64,000 nt of DNA from NCBI GenBank assembly GCA_964019335.1, contig OZ025733.1, forward strand, positions 248,001-312,000. Reading direction: 5' to 3'. The notes beneath the pieces are model-generated. The model was not told where the DNA came from, ran no database searches, and saw nothing but the letters and a program-made list of their open reading frames with translations. Positions 11,342-21,393 of this stretch are shown here, one piece after another. This DNA is from Diplonema japonicum (Eukaryota; Protista; Euglenozoa: Diplonemea). The position numbers and the translations under genes are program-made. Position 1 is the stretch's first letter. Each line of letters opens with the position of its first letter.

Positions 11342-12851
11342 ATGGGTTTCAATGGTGTACCGTACAAGTTGATGGCGTTCCCGTTCATCTCACTAATAAT
11401 GATAATGTACTTCTTCTTCTCAACAGGCACCCCGAGCGAGGAGTGGAAACCCGGCGAGGCCGCCACCAAAAAGCTGCAAAACGAGGAAAAAGAATTGGAG
11501 GCGGTGAAGAACGAACTGGCGAACTCGCGGAAGGCGATGGACGCAATGCGGAAACAGATAGACATCCTGGAAGAACTAGGAAAAAAGAAACCAGAAGACA
11601 CCTCAAACCACCACAAAGAAGAAAACTCCGAAAGGTGCTACTACGTTACAGGCAACGGTGTCGGCGACAGAACCAGCATGGGGATGTATCTGAAACACAA
11701 TGAAGACGTTAACGACAAGCACGTCTTTCACAGAAATAAAGGCGCATGGACCCGAGAAGAAAGATGGCTGTGCTCCTTAGCCGATGGGAGATGGATCCTC
11801 TCCGACTCGTTCGAGAACTGCAAAGCAGGACAAGCCACCTGGGTCTCAAAAACCTCATCCCAACACCCTTTAGACATCGGCCCCTGGTCCACATTAGTCG
11901 GCGATGGATGGACAGAAATCCCCGAGTTCAACATCATTCTAAAAACAGAAGTCGACTGTTCACTCACATCGAAGCTCGAAGGGAAAATCCCACACACCGG
12001 TCAAAGCAACCCAACCAAGGGTGTCAATTATGAAGCTGACTATGATGTTACAGATCCTAAGAAGGACGATGAGAAGTACGCGTATAAACCGGGAATAGGT
12101 TTTAAGTACATGGAGGATCGGGATGTTGAGAAGCCCCCCTTCACGGTCTTGTCCAACATCCCGAAGATTTATTTCTTCGACAAGCTATTGACAGACGAGG
12201 AGTGCGATGCCATTGTCCATGCGGCAGAGTCGAGGATCACTCGATCGGGCGTCGTACCTTGGAAGGGTTCGAATGCCTCAAACATCCAAGAGGTGCGCAC
12301 ATCGTCTCACACGTGGCTGACAGAATCTGTACCCGCTGTCAATGATGTGATGAACAGGCTTCTATCACTCTTCGGGTTCAAGGTTGCCGACCACGAGGCC
12401 CTGCAGGTCTTGAGGTATCAACACAATCAGAAGTACGACGCGCACCACGACTATTTCGACCCGGGATTGTACGGGAAACAGGTTTCGAACAGAGCCCTGA
12501 CGTGTTTTTTGTATTTGAATACGGTGGAAGAGGGTGGGGAAACGGTGTGTGTGTGGGGATAAAAAATAAGGGGGGGGGAAAAAAAAATACAGTGGTTCCC
12601 CCGTGCGAACGGTGGTGCTCCAACCGGTGACTTCAGAAGTTGCAACTTTGGTCTGCGGGCAAAGCCTGTTAAAGGTGTGTTCGTTTAATGGAAAAAAAAA
12701 AAAAAAAAAAAAAATTGCAGGCAGTGCAGCGTGCTTCTATGACATGCGGCCTGATCTATCTTTGGACGAGTATTCACTTCACGGAGGCTGTCCTGTCAAA
12801 CAGGGGGTGAAGTGGGGTGGGACTTTGTGGATGCACGTGGATGTGGAATGA
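11342..12851 (+). CDS. Prolyl 4-hydroxylase-like 2OG-Fe(II) dioxygenase with type II membrane anchor; exons 11342-12544, 12593-12674, 12721-12851
   Basis: EALQVLRY..NQKYDAHHDYF, YLNTVEEGGET|WFP and SLHGGCPVKQGVKW are restored by removing two GT-AG introns; N-terminal TM segment and coiled coil. Confidence 0.9.
12545..12592 (+). other. Spliceosomal cis-intron, 48 nt, purine-rich (GTGTGT...AAAATACAG)
   Basis: Removal restores the conserved GGETxFP motif. Confidence 0.85.
12675..12720 (+). other. Spliceosomal cis-intron, 46 nt, poly(A)-rich (GTGTGT...AAATTGCAG)
   Basis: Removal restores KPVKG|SAACFY of the P4H domain. Confidence 0.85.
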
Positions 12852-12878
12852 GGAAACGTAAAGGAGGAGAGAGTGTGT

Positions 12879-12913
<35 letters not shown>

Positions 12914-13198
12914 AAATTCTCTCCTCGCCTAATATATTTTTTGTGTCGATCCTTCACATAAGTTGAAGTAGCTTTTTTTTTCTTCTTTTTTCCTTTCTTT
13001 CGTCCCCCATTGACCTGCATGTCAATTTCTCAAAAGAGAAAGGGGTTTAAAAAAAAAAAAAAAAAAAAGACCACATGTGTCTGCTCTTCATTTTTTGTTT
13101 TCTTTGATGAGTGTTTGTTCTTTTTTCTTTCCTTCTCTTTTTTTTTGTATCCTCATACCCCCCCCTCCCCAGTGTATAAAAGAACGAAGAAAAAAAAA

Positions 13199-16100
13199 AT
13201 GGGCGCGTCCCAAAGCGATGAAAAGTCCTTAGAAGGATCACCTAAACACAGTGCAGCACGACGGGGCTCGCGGGCAAACCAGACACAGAGACGTAACAGC
13301 TATGTGAAGGCGTTCCCAGAAGTGAAACCGAAGGTTGTGGACAACTGTGAAAACGTGCAATTCGAAAGGGTACCAATGCCGCCGAGGCCCGGAGACACGA
13401 CAGTGTGGCCCGGTATATTCTCAGATGTGTCGTTGCCTGGGGGGCTGAACCCTTATGGGGACGGCGACAATGACACAAGGCGCAGCAACAAACAAGGCGC
13501 TTCTGGAATTGGTTTCATTCAATTCCTCCCAAGCCTTCCCGTCGACCTTCCTCGAAACGCTTTCTTCATACCAAACAAAGCCCTCCCTATCACAGCACGC
13601 TTCGCAAACACATCTTTAACCGACGACGCAGGCATGGACATTCGATCCTTCTCCATAAAGCTTGGAGAAGCAACAGACACCAGCCACCTAGACCTTCTCT
13701 TTCTAACAGGCGAGACTTCTCCATGGTGGTCTGCCTCAAGCCTCCGACAGTGGGCGTCGGCGCATATGAACGGAACAGAGGCATTGAAGGACTTCTTCAG
13801 GCAGCGGCCTTATTCATTCGACTCGTATGTGAAGAACCTCAAGAGAACGCCTTCTTCGTATGCTAATCTGTGTTATTACACGCATTCTGCTTACGAGCTT
13901 CGAGATCTCGATGGATGTCTTCACCATGTCAAGTTTAGAGTGTGCCCGTTGAATAAGAAAGATGAACCCTTGCCGGATCCGGATGCAGCCGCGCCGTGGC
14001 ATCCCGGGAGGTTGAAGGGCATCCCGCAGACCCGGCACTACCTCATCGAGGATTTTATGAAACGGTTGGAGACCCGCCCCGTCGTGTACACCCTCGAGGC
14101 GCAGATCGTCCACAACGTTGACGAGCTCGGGGATGAGTATCTGAACCCGGTGCTCCCCACCCAGCTGGAATGGAATGTCATCGGCGAGATCATCATAGAG
14201 GAACCCATACCTAACAGCATCGGTGATTTTGTGTACTACACTGTGGCAAACCACCCAGAATGCCTCCGCCCACCACCTGTCGGATCGCAGGACGATTTTA
14301 ACTCAGTACTGGCGATCCGGCAAGCGTGCTTCCCGAAACAGAAAGACGTCGAAAAACCGGTTTTGTACGATGGGCCTGGAGGAGGGCTCTCACGGTATAT
14401 CATCAGGATATCTGTGGGGGGCTGCAAGGGGAAGCAAAACAATGCCGCGGTGCACATTACGCTGATGGGGCAGCTCGACGGGGAGGAGATTGAAACAGAG
14501 CCGATGCGGTTGAGCCACTGGGCGGACAACACGTTCGGGCAGCTCTCCATCGACGAATGGGGCGTCTGCTCCACCGTGGGCCTCGACGAGATATCCATGG
14601 TGCGCATGAAGCTAAAACCAGTTGGCTCAGAGAAGTTCTCACGTTGGTTTGTAAAACGAGTCGAAGTCTTCGACCAGATGACGCAGGACAGCCCGTGGAA
14701 ACTCGGAATGACGGTCACCGTACATGCTGCCGACGAAATGGAAACCGTTTACAAAAGACTGGGGCGGCCCTGGCGGTCGGAGTACACATCACGAGCCGGC
14801 CATGAAGCTGTGATATCCGAAGTAAACACAACTGATAAAACAGCCCGCTTACAATTTTCCGACGGTGCACTTTCATGGTACCCTTCACAGTGCATTTCAT
14901 CTGTGGTTGTTGCACCAGATGACGGTGAACCCGACGCTACGCTTGGCTTGGAATTCGACGGCGAACGGCTGACCGGGGTACGGGACGGTTCCGCGGGAAG
15001 CTCAGCAGGGCTGAACTACTTCGTCGGCCGACGAGTCACACACGTCAACGGCCTAGTAGTAGCCGACATTGCAATCCAACAACTGATGGCCGACCGGACC
15101 GAAATCAACCTTGAGCTCTCCTTTGAAGATGAAGAAGGCCCCCTTGTCTTCCCCGCGTACAGATGGTTCGACGAAGGTGAGATCATTCTATTCGAGGGAT
15201 CTCATATGCTGCTGCACAAGGAGCACGATCTGGCTGCGTCACGGTTCCGCTCCCTCCAGCTTGACATCAGAAGAACGGAGTACGAATGGGGAGCGTATGA
15301 TGGACTACCATTTGGTTTGAAATGTATAGATGGCGTTATTGGTCTCCCTCCCGGTGAGCGTCCTGTGATGCTGTCTGATTTAGACTTGAAAATGCTGTTT
15401 GAACGGAAAAGCAAGGATTTGCTGTTGAGAAACCTCTCTGAGGGACCTGCAGGGGAGGGGTTTAAGACGCTTGACGAGTACAACGATTTGTATTTTTCGA
15501 TGCAGTCGTTCGGGCAAACACCGCTTCCCATGAGGCAGGACCAGTGGATGGCTGACCCCGACTACGGGCATCAATTTCTCGGGGGAAGCTTCTGCCTGTC
15601 CTTGAAGAAATTCACGACGGACATCATGGAGAGCCACGCCTCGTTCTCAATCCGCGCGGATTTGATCGAAGATCTTCTACCGAGCTCCGACAACAATCTC
15701 GCACAACTTCTTTCGAAGAATCTTCTGTACTGTGTGGACTACACTGTGCTCCATGGGTTGGAGTGCATTCCAGGACGCTATGTTCCGGCGCCTTTTGTGT
15801 TGTTCATGTACACGGACCTCCCTGGGTTTGAGGGGCCGCCTCAGCTTGTTCCCTTGGCGATACAGCTCAGCCCGAAGGATGCTTTCATATGGACCCCTGG
15901 GAATTGCACACCAGCTGAGTGGGCCATTGCGAAAACGTGTGTTCTGACCGCCGCGGCACATATTCACTTCTTCGGGTATCGAATGCTTTACACGCAGTTT
16001 TGTATGGAACCGTTCGTGGTGTCGACAAAGCGTAACCTCCCTGACCCGCACCCTGTTTTCAAAATATTGGAACCGCACGTGAAGAGGTCGTTGGCCGTCA

Positions 16101-16984
16101 TGGTTCAGAACAGGCAGTACTTGCTGGGGAAGAAAGGGCTGTGCGCAGAGGTTTTCTCACTAACCGAAAAGGGCCAGAAGGACCTGCAAAAAAAAATGTA
16201 CAAAGAATGGGGTTTCTTACAATTCTCGAACTTCGAGGAGAATATGGCCCACCGCGGGATGAACGACCTCCCCGTGTATTGCTACAGGGAGGTTGGTTGT
16301 CAGTTCTGGGACGTCATCGAATCATACGCCCTCGGGCTGGTCATGAAAATGTACCACACGGAGAGCGATGTCATAAAGGACACCGATCTCGCTGTCTGGG
16401 TGGAAGAGGTTAACACAGCGTTTGGAAGACAAGAAGTCCAGATAACAAACAGGAAACAATTGGCTGGCGTTCTCACAAGCTTTATTTACACCGTCTCCGT
16501 GCTTAATGCGGTTGTCACGCATTCCATGTGGGACAGCATGGGGTGCGTGCCTTTCTCGCCCTTTTCACTGTACGCGGAGCCTCCGAAGACGCATGATGAC
16601 AGCGCTGATGATGATCATGTCGATGAAAGGTTATTGAGTATGTTGCCGTCTCGTAGGGAGGCTGCTAAGCAGGTTGTGTTGGTGTGGATGTTGGCAACGT
16701 TCTCCTTCACAGATCTGCAGAAAGCGTATTCGGACTGCGATGTCCTCCGCCAACCTCAAGAGCACCATGGTGGCCTGCTGCCCCTCGCACATTGGAACGA
16801 AGACCTCTTTATCCACGAAGATCTCACGCACCTTGTATCCCTGTTCCAGTCGGACTTGTGCCACGCTGGCAACCTCACCGTGTCTCAGAACGCAAAACTC
16901 GCGTTTCCCTTCATCTACCTGGCGCCCCTTACCATCCCCAACTCCATTACTCCACCGCCTAAAAGGCGTATTTTAGAGACGTGA
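13199..16984 (+). CDS. Catalase-related allene-oxide-synthase-like / PLAT (split by SH3-like and PDZ-like inserts) / lipoxygenase-like fusion protein, predicted catalytically inactive, 1261 aa
   Basis: N-terminal domain resembles coral cAOS (ARFAN...DDAGMDIRSFSIK, TGE, YANLCYY, ANHP..L......DDFNS...IR); the C-terminal part is LOX-like (MEPFVVSTKRNLPDPHPVFKILEPH, LVPLAIQL, Y.YRE.G..FWD.I, YLAP..IPNSI); N-terminus MGASQS. Confidence 0.9.
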   Translation: MGASQSDEKSLEGSPKHSAARRGSRANQTQRRNSYVKAFPEVKPKVVDNCENVQFERVPMPPRPGDTTVWPGIFSDVSLPGGLNPYGDGDNDTRRSNKQGASGIGFIQFLPSLPVDLPRNAFFIPNKALPITARFANTSLTDDAGMDIRSFSIKLGEATDTSHLDLLFLTGETSPWWSASSLRQWASAHMNGTEALKDFFRQRPYSFDSYVKNLKRTPSSYANLCYYTHSAYELRDLDGCLHHVKFRVCPLNKKDEPLPDPDAAAPWHPGRLKGIPQTRHYLIEDFMKRLETRPVVYTLEAQIVHNVDELGDEYLNPVLPTQLEWNVIGEIIIEEPIPNSIGDFVYYTVANHPECLRPPPVGSQDDFNSVLAIRQACFPKQKDVEKPVLYDGPGGGLSRYIIRISVGGCKGKQNNAAVHITLMGQLDGEEIETEPMRLSHWADNTFGQLSIDEWGVCSTVGLDEISMVRMKLKPVGSEKFSRWFVKRVEVFDQMTQDSPWKLGMTVTVHAADEMETVYKRLGRPWRSEYTSRAGHEAVISEVNTTDKTARLQFSDGALSWYPSQCISSVVVAPDDGEPDATLGLEFDGERLTGVRDGSAGSSAGLNYFVGRRVTHVNGLVVADIAIQQLMADRTEINLELSFEDEEGPLVFPAYRWFDEGEIILFEGSHMLLHKEHDLAASRFRSLQLDIRRTEYEWGAYDGLPFGLKCIDGVIGLPPGERPVMLSDLDLKMLFERKSKDLLLRNLSEGPAGEGFKTLDEYNDLYFSMQSFGQTPLPMRQDQWMADPDYGHQFLGGSFCLSLKKFTTDIMESHASFSIRADLIEDLLPSSDNNLAQLLSKNLLYCVDYTVLHGLECIPGRYVPAPFVLFMYTDLPGFEGPPQLVPLAIQLSPKDAFIWTPGNCTPAEWAIAKTCVLTAAAHIHFFGYRMLYTQFCMEPFVVSTKRNLPDPHPVFKILEPHVKRSLAVMVQNRQYLLGKKGLCAEVFSLTEKGQKDLQKKMYKEWGFLQFSNFEENMAHRGMNDLPVYCYREVGCQFWDVIESYALGLVMKMYHTESDVIKDTDLAVWVEEVNTAFGRQEVQITNRKQLAGVLTSFIYTVSVLNAVVTHSMWDSMGCVPFSPFSLYAEPPKTHDDSADDDHVDERLLSMLPSRREAAKQVVLVWMLATFSFTDLQKAYSDCDVLRQPQEHHGGLLPLAHWNEDLFIHEDLTHLVSLFQSDLCHAGNLTVSQNAKLAFPFIYLAPLTIPNSITPPPKRRILET

Positions 16985-17251
16985 GTGGTGGGGTTTTTTT
17001 TATTGTCATGGTCCTTCTGGGCCTTTTTTTTTTTTTTCCCCTCTCTCTTCTATCTATAGATACAATAAAACAAAAAAAAAAAAAAAAGGAACGATTCTAT
17101 TCTTTTTTTTTTTTGTGTACAGATGAAACCCAAAAAAGAAAAAGAAAAAAAAAAACCTATTTACACCAATTTCTCGCTTTTTCTTTATAAAATTTATTTT
17201 TTTTGTGCGTATCCCATACTCCCCCCCCCATAACAAAACAAAGGGAAGAGA

Positions 17252-17833
17252 ATGCCTACCGTGACAGGGAAGAGGGTGTTGAAGCTTAGAAGTGACGGGT
17301 CAGTCGATGGTTTCGCGGGGATAGAAGTTCTGAAGGAAAAACAGGCCGACACGCTGAAAAGTTTTCGAACATGGGCGCGGAAGGGGGAGTGGACGAAGTT
17401 CCACAAGTCACACTATGACTGGTGGATGTTTCCTAATGATGAGCTCAGCGGGTATGGCGCGGCCTACACTCTAGGACCTGCAGACTGCATGGCAATCCAG
17501 AACGATAAAGAATTTATGGAAAGCCTCCTTGAAGGGGTCGACCTGCTCTTTCGTGCTTGGGGGTGGAACCTGACAGAGCGGAAAACGGTGGACAAGCCAG
17601 ACACCAAACAAGGTCAGAAATGGACCCAGTACCCAGTGCGCCTTTACAAGGCAGGCCTCTCCATGATGGTCCTTGACCAAACCGAAACACTGTCACACAT
17701 CAGGTTCTTTGCTGACTCCCTCCGTGCTAAAGGGGACAGGCTGTGCTTCTCTTCCAGTATACACCGCAACCAAGAGTGTCTGGTGCTGTGGGATACCCAC
17801 AAAATGCCTGATTACTTGCCTTGCAGATCGTGA
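17252..17833 (+). CDS. Hypothetical protein, possibly OGFr-N/DUF1810-like
   Basis: 193-aa ORF of normal composition; HxSHYDWWMFPxDExS resembles the H..I.W.FP..E.S motif of OGFr-like domains. Confidence 0.55.
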   Translation: MPTVTGKRVLKLRSDGSVDGFAGIEVLKEKQADTLKSFRTWARKGEWTKFHKSHYDWWMFPNDELSGYGAAYTLGPADCMAIQNDKEFMESLLEGVDLLFRAWGWNLTERKTVDKPDTKQGQKWTQYPVRLYKAGLSMMVLDQTETLSHIRFFADSLRAKGDRLCFSSSIHRNQECLVLWDTHKMPDYLPCRS

Positions 17834-18013
17834 AAAGAAAAAGAGAAAAAAAAAAAAAGAAATAAAATTAAACCCTCTAGCCTTTCTTTTTTTGTCTTTC
17901 TGAGGTGGTACGGCGTAGCACTGCCCTGTATCCACAAAAAAAACTTTCATTTTGTTTTTTATGCATATTTCAGCGGGGGGGGGGGGGGGGGGTGAACAAA
18001 AATAAAAAACAGA

Positions 18014-20294
18014 AAGCTTGTTTTCCGGGGCCCTGCACTCCCGCGCCAAAGGTGGGGAGGCCACTCAGGCTTGCTGCTATCACCTGAGGCGCACCACCCA
18101 TGGGGCGGGACAACCCCACAAATCAAGAAGTTAGGCCAGCGAGATTTAAAAACTTTCCAACCCCCCCTGTGGTTGTGAGAGATACCCAATACCATTTTTT
18201 TTCCCCCCGCAGACAAATTCTACCTTTGCGATAACAAAAGAAAAAAAGAAATAGTAAACATAGAAAAAAGCTTGTTTTCCGGGGCCCTGCACTCCCGCGC
18301 CAACGGTGGGGTCGTTCTTCAGAGACTTCCTGCTATCACTCGAGGCGCACCACCCATGGGGCGGGACAACCTCACAAATCAAGAAGTTAGGCAAGCGAGA
18401 TTTAAAAACTATCCAACCCCCCCCTGTGGTTTAGAGGGAAATATCATCCCCCCCCAGACAAATTTTACCTTTATGACAACAAAGAAAAAGGAAATAGTAA
18501 ACATAGAAAAAAGCTTGTTTCCGAGGCCCTGCACCCTCGCGCCAAAGGTGGGGTCGTTCTTCAGAGACTTCCTGCTATCACTCGAGGCGCACCACCCATG
18601 GGGCGGGACAACCTCACAAATCAAGAAGTTAGGCCAGCGAGATTAAAATAACTATTGCAATTTCTTTTTTGCAAAATCCGATTACCATCTTCCCCCCCCC
18701 CCCCCCCCCCCCTTGCATTCTAGCTTTTAATACAACAAAAAATAAAATAAAAGTAAACATAGAAAAAAGCTTGTTTCCGAGGCCCTGCACCCTCGCGCCA
18801 AAGGTGGGGTCGTTCTTCAGAGACTTCCTGCTATCACCCGAGGCGCACCACCCATGGGGCGGGACAACCTCACAATTCAAGAAGTGCCAAGCGAGATTAA
18901 AATTACTTTTCAACCCCCCCCCCCAGGGCTAGGTTAGTGGGAAATGTTGAAAAATAAAATATTTAGGGACAACGGCTCCAAAAACAAGATCCCGACACAA
19001 TACACCAAAAAGAATGGGGGGGAAAAAAAAAAAAAAGAAAAAAACATTAGTACCTGGAAACCCTTATAAAACTTATTTTAGCGACCCGAATAACTGTGGG
19101 TTTTCTGCACAGGATAAAGGGTGCCTTGGAAGTGGCGTTCGCATCACGAACAGGGAGTTTTTGATACCCCCTACCCACCCCATTGGCTTTAATTCTGACA
19201 AAGAAAACAAAATAAAAAGCTGGTTTCCGGGGCCCTGCACCCCCGCGCCAAAGGTGGGGAGGCCACTCAGAGGCTTGCTGCTATCACCTGAAGCGCACCA
19301 CCCATGGGGCGGGACAACCTCACAAATCAAGAAGTTAGGCCAGCGAGATTACTTTTTCTAACCCTCCCCCCCCCCAATTTGATATCATTTTCCCCACCCG
19401 GGTATATTCCGCCCTTTAAATACTGACGGCAACAAAAAGAAATGTCTCCCGCAAAAAAAACAAAATAAAAAGCTGGTTTCCGAGGCCCTGCACTCCCGCG
19501 CCAAAGGTGGGGTCGTCCTTCAGAGACTTCCTGCCATCACCTGAGGCGCACCACCCATGGGGCGGGACAACCTCACAAATCAAGAAGTTAAAGCTAGCGA
19601 GATTCAAATAACTATCGCAATTTCTTATTTTCTCTCTCTTTTTTGAAAATTGCCACCCGATTACCATCTTTTTTTTTCCGGGCCGTTGCTAACCACTTCG
19701 TTCCTATCATAGTGAATTTTTTTTCGTGTAGATAAGTTTTAGCGTTTTAATACAACAAAGAAATAAAATAAAAGTAACATAGAAAAGCTTGTTTTTCGAG
19801 GCCCTGCACTCCCGCGCCAAAGGTGGGGTCGTTCTCAGAGACTTCCTGCTATCACTCGAGGCGCACCACCCATGGGGCGGGACAACCTCACAAATCAAGA
19901 AGTAAGGCTAGCGAGATTAATGATTTTCCACCCCTTGGTGGTTCCCCACAAGTGAAAGAAGAGCTCTCCTTCTCAAGACGAGGGGTGGTTTCGCCATGTC
20001 TGTCAAGTCGCCTCTCCGCGGCCTCTGCCAGTGAAGCATGCCGTACTCTCCAGTGGTGTAAATGGCTTCTGTGGCCCCGCTCTCCTTTGGAAATTGCAAA
20101 ACCCGATATCATTTTTTTTTTTTTTTTTTTTTTTTCATGTTCTTTCCCCCGGACAAAACAAAAAAAGCTGGTTTCTCGAGGCCCTGCAACCCTGCGCCAA
20201 AGGTGGGGTGGTCCTCAGTGGCTTCCTGCTATCCCCGAGGCGCACTTATGGAACAGGACAACCTCACAAAACAGGAAGTAAGGCTAGCAAGATT
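18014..20294. repeat. Array of eight ~130-nt GC-rich foldable units separated by divergent AT-rich spacers (candidate ncRNA or SINE cluster)
   Basis: Units at about 18014-18145, 18268-18402, 18510-18644, 18767-18898, 19217-19350, 19470-19604, 19784-19918 and 20165-20294; consensus aagcttgtttccg.ggccctgcac.cccgcgccaaaggtgggg...cttcctgctatcac..gaggcgcaccacccatggggcgggacaacctcacaaatcaagaagt.aggccagcgagatt. Confidence 0.92.
19681..19715 (+). repeat. M35 motif, copy 2
   Basis: Identical to 645-679. Confidence 0.9.
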
Positions 20295-20397
20295 AGAAAA
20301 AAATATAATAATAGTAATAATAAAAGAAGTCTGTTATGGACAAGCTACTCTTTTTAACTTCAAAGAAAAAAAAAGAAGAAAAAAAAAGGCTGAAATA

Positions 20398-21264
20398 ATG
20401 CAAAAACCACATGAGAAAGCGGAGATTGTGAATTTATTCACATTGCTGGGGAGCGAAGAGGAAGCATGCAAGGCGGAGGGGATGCGGATGCTGGGCGTAA
20501 TGCGGCCGAAGGTCATTGCCGAACAAGGCATCCATGAGAAGGTCTTCACTAAGGTCATCGAGAACATGGAGGGGAGCTTGGATGAAAACGCAATGTGGGC
20601 CCTCCGGCACATCTTGTGGTCCACGGCCGAAGACAGGGACCTCACCATAACAGTACAGCAAATCGACAGAATCCTGAAACTATCAAGCAGGGACCTGATC
20701 GTCCCGGGTGTTGAAATTCTGGTCCGAATGATGGAATTCGCACCACTAGGGTTCAGCGTGCCCGCCCTTCACAGTGTACTACAGGTAGGTGCATTTCACG
20801 ACGATATTGAAGTAAAGCTGCTGACACACACATTGTCCACAATCGTGGAAGTGAGGTCGAGCGGGCATTTAACAGAATTGTTCACAACTCGGTACAACGT
20901 AAAGCTGCTTCAAACCCTTCAGGACTGTGTAGCATCAAGGGAGCACCGTGTCCGTGGTTCGCAGGTTATCCTTGACCTCGTGCAAATACTGCAGCTGCAT
21001 GGTGTGCTTGTTCCCTTGGGGCTTCTCCCTATGATGATGCCTCTGCTGCAGGCGTTCGCTGACCTTCCCCCTGACTCCATGCTCGCGGACCGGTTCGCGC
21101 AAATCGTTGCCAGCACCGCCGAGAACCCCAGGCTCCGCAGGCTGTTGTCCCCGCACATGCCCGAGATCATGAAGGCCTCCGCGTGCCTGCCGATCCGGGA
21201 AAACGACGTTCTCTTCAGAGAATCGACGAATTTCATGCTTTATAACATGTTCTCTGAAGGCTGA
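20398..21264 (+). CDS. Hypothetical helical (ARM/HEAT-like) protein, 288 aa
   Basis: GC-rich coding-like ORF starting at MQKPHE after an A-run; amphipathic Leu-rich helices. Confidence 0.6.
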   Translation: MQKPHEKAEIVNLFTLLGSEEEACKAEGMRMLGVMRPKVIAEQGIHEKVFTKVIENMEGSLDENAMWALRHILWSTAEDRDLTITVQQIDRILKLSSRDLIVPGVEILVRMMEFAPLGFSVPALHSVLQVGAFHDDIEVKLLTHTLSTIVEVRSSGHLTELFTTRYNVKLLQTLQDCVASREHRVRGSQVILDLVQILQLHGVLVPLGLLPMMMPLLQAFADLPPDSMLADRFAQIVASTAENPRLRRLLSPHMPEIMKASACLPIRENDVLFRESTNFMLYNMFSEG

Positions 21265-21393
21265 AAAAAAAAAAAAAAGATTTTTTAGGACAAAAAAAAA
21301 AAAAAGCAGACATAAAAAAAATTTAAAAAAAAAAGGGGGAGGTGGGGTGGAGGGGGGGAGAAAAAACAAAGAAGAGAAAAAAAAAAAAAGAAA

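Noticed and set aside
2854-16984. Oxygenase biosynthetic gene cluster (PhyH-like, P4H, AOS-LOX)
   Set aside because: The genes are interspersed with unrelated ones, the substrates differ, and the AOS-LOX appears inactive
18014-20294. CRISPR array interpretation of the 8-unit repeat
   Set aside because: Units are ~130 nt with long, variable, partly homologous spacers; no cas genes; eukaryotic context
18014-20294. SL RNA, 5S, U snRNA or LSU rRNA identity for the repeat unit
   Set aside because: No euglenozoan SL core (CAGTTTCTGTAC) and no 5S or snRNA signatures; the reverse-strand resemblance to LSU CCUCAGGAUAGC is short and gapped
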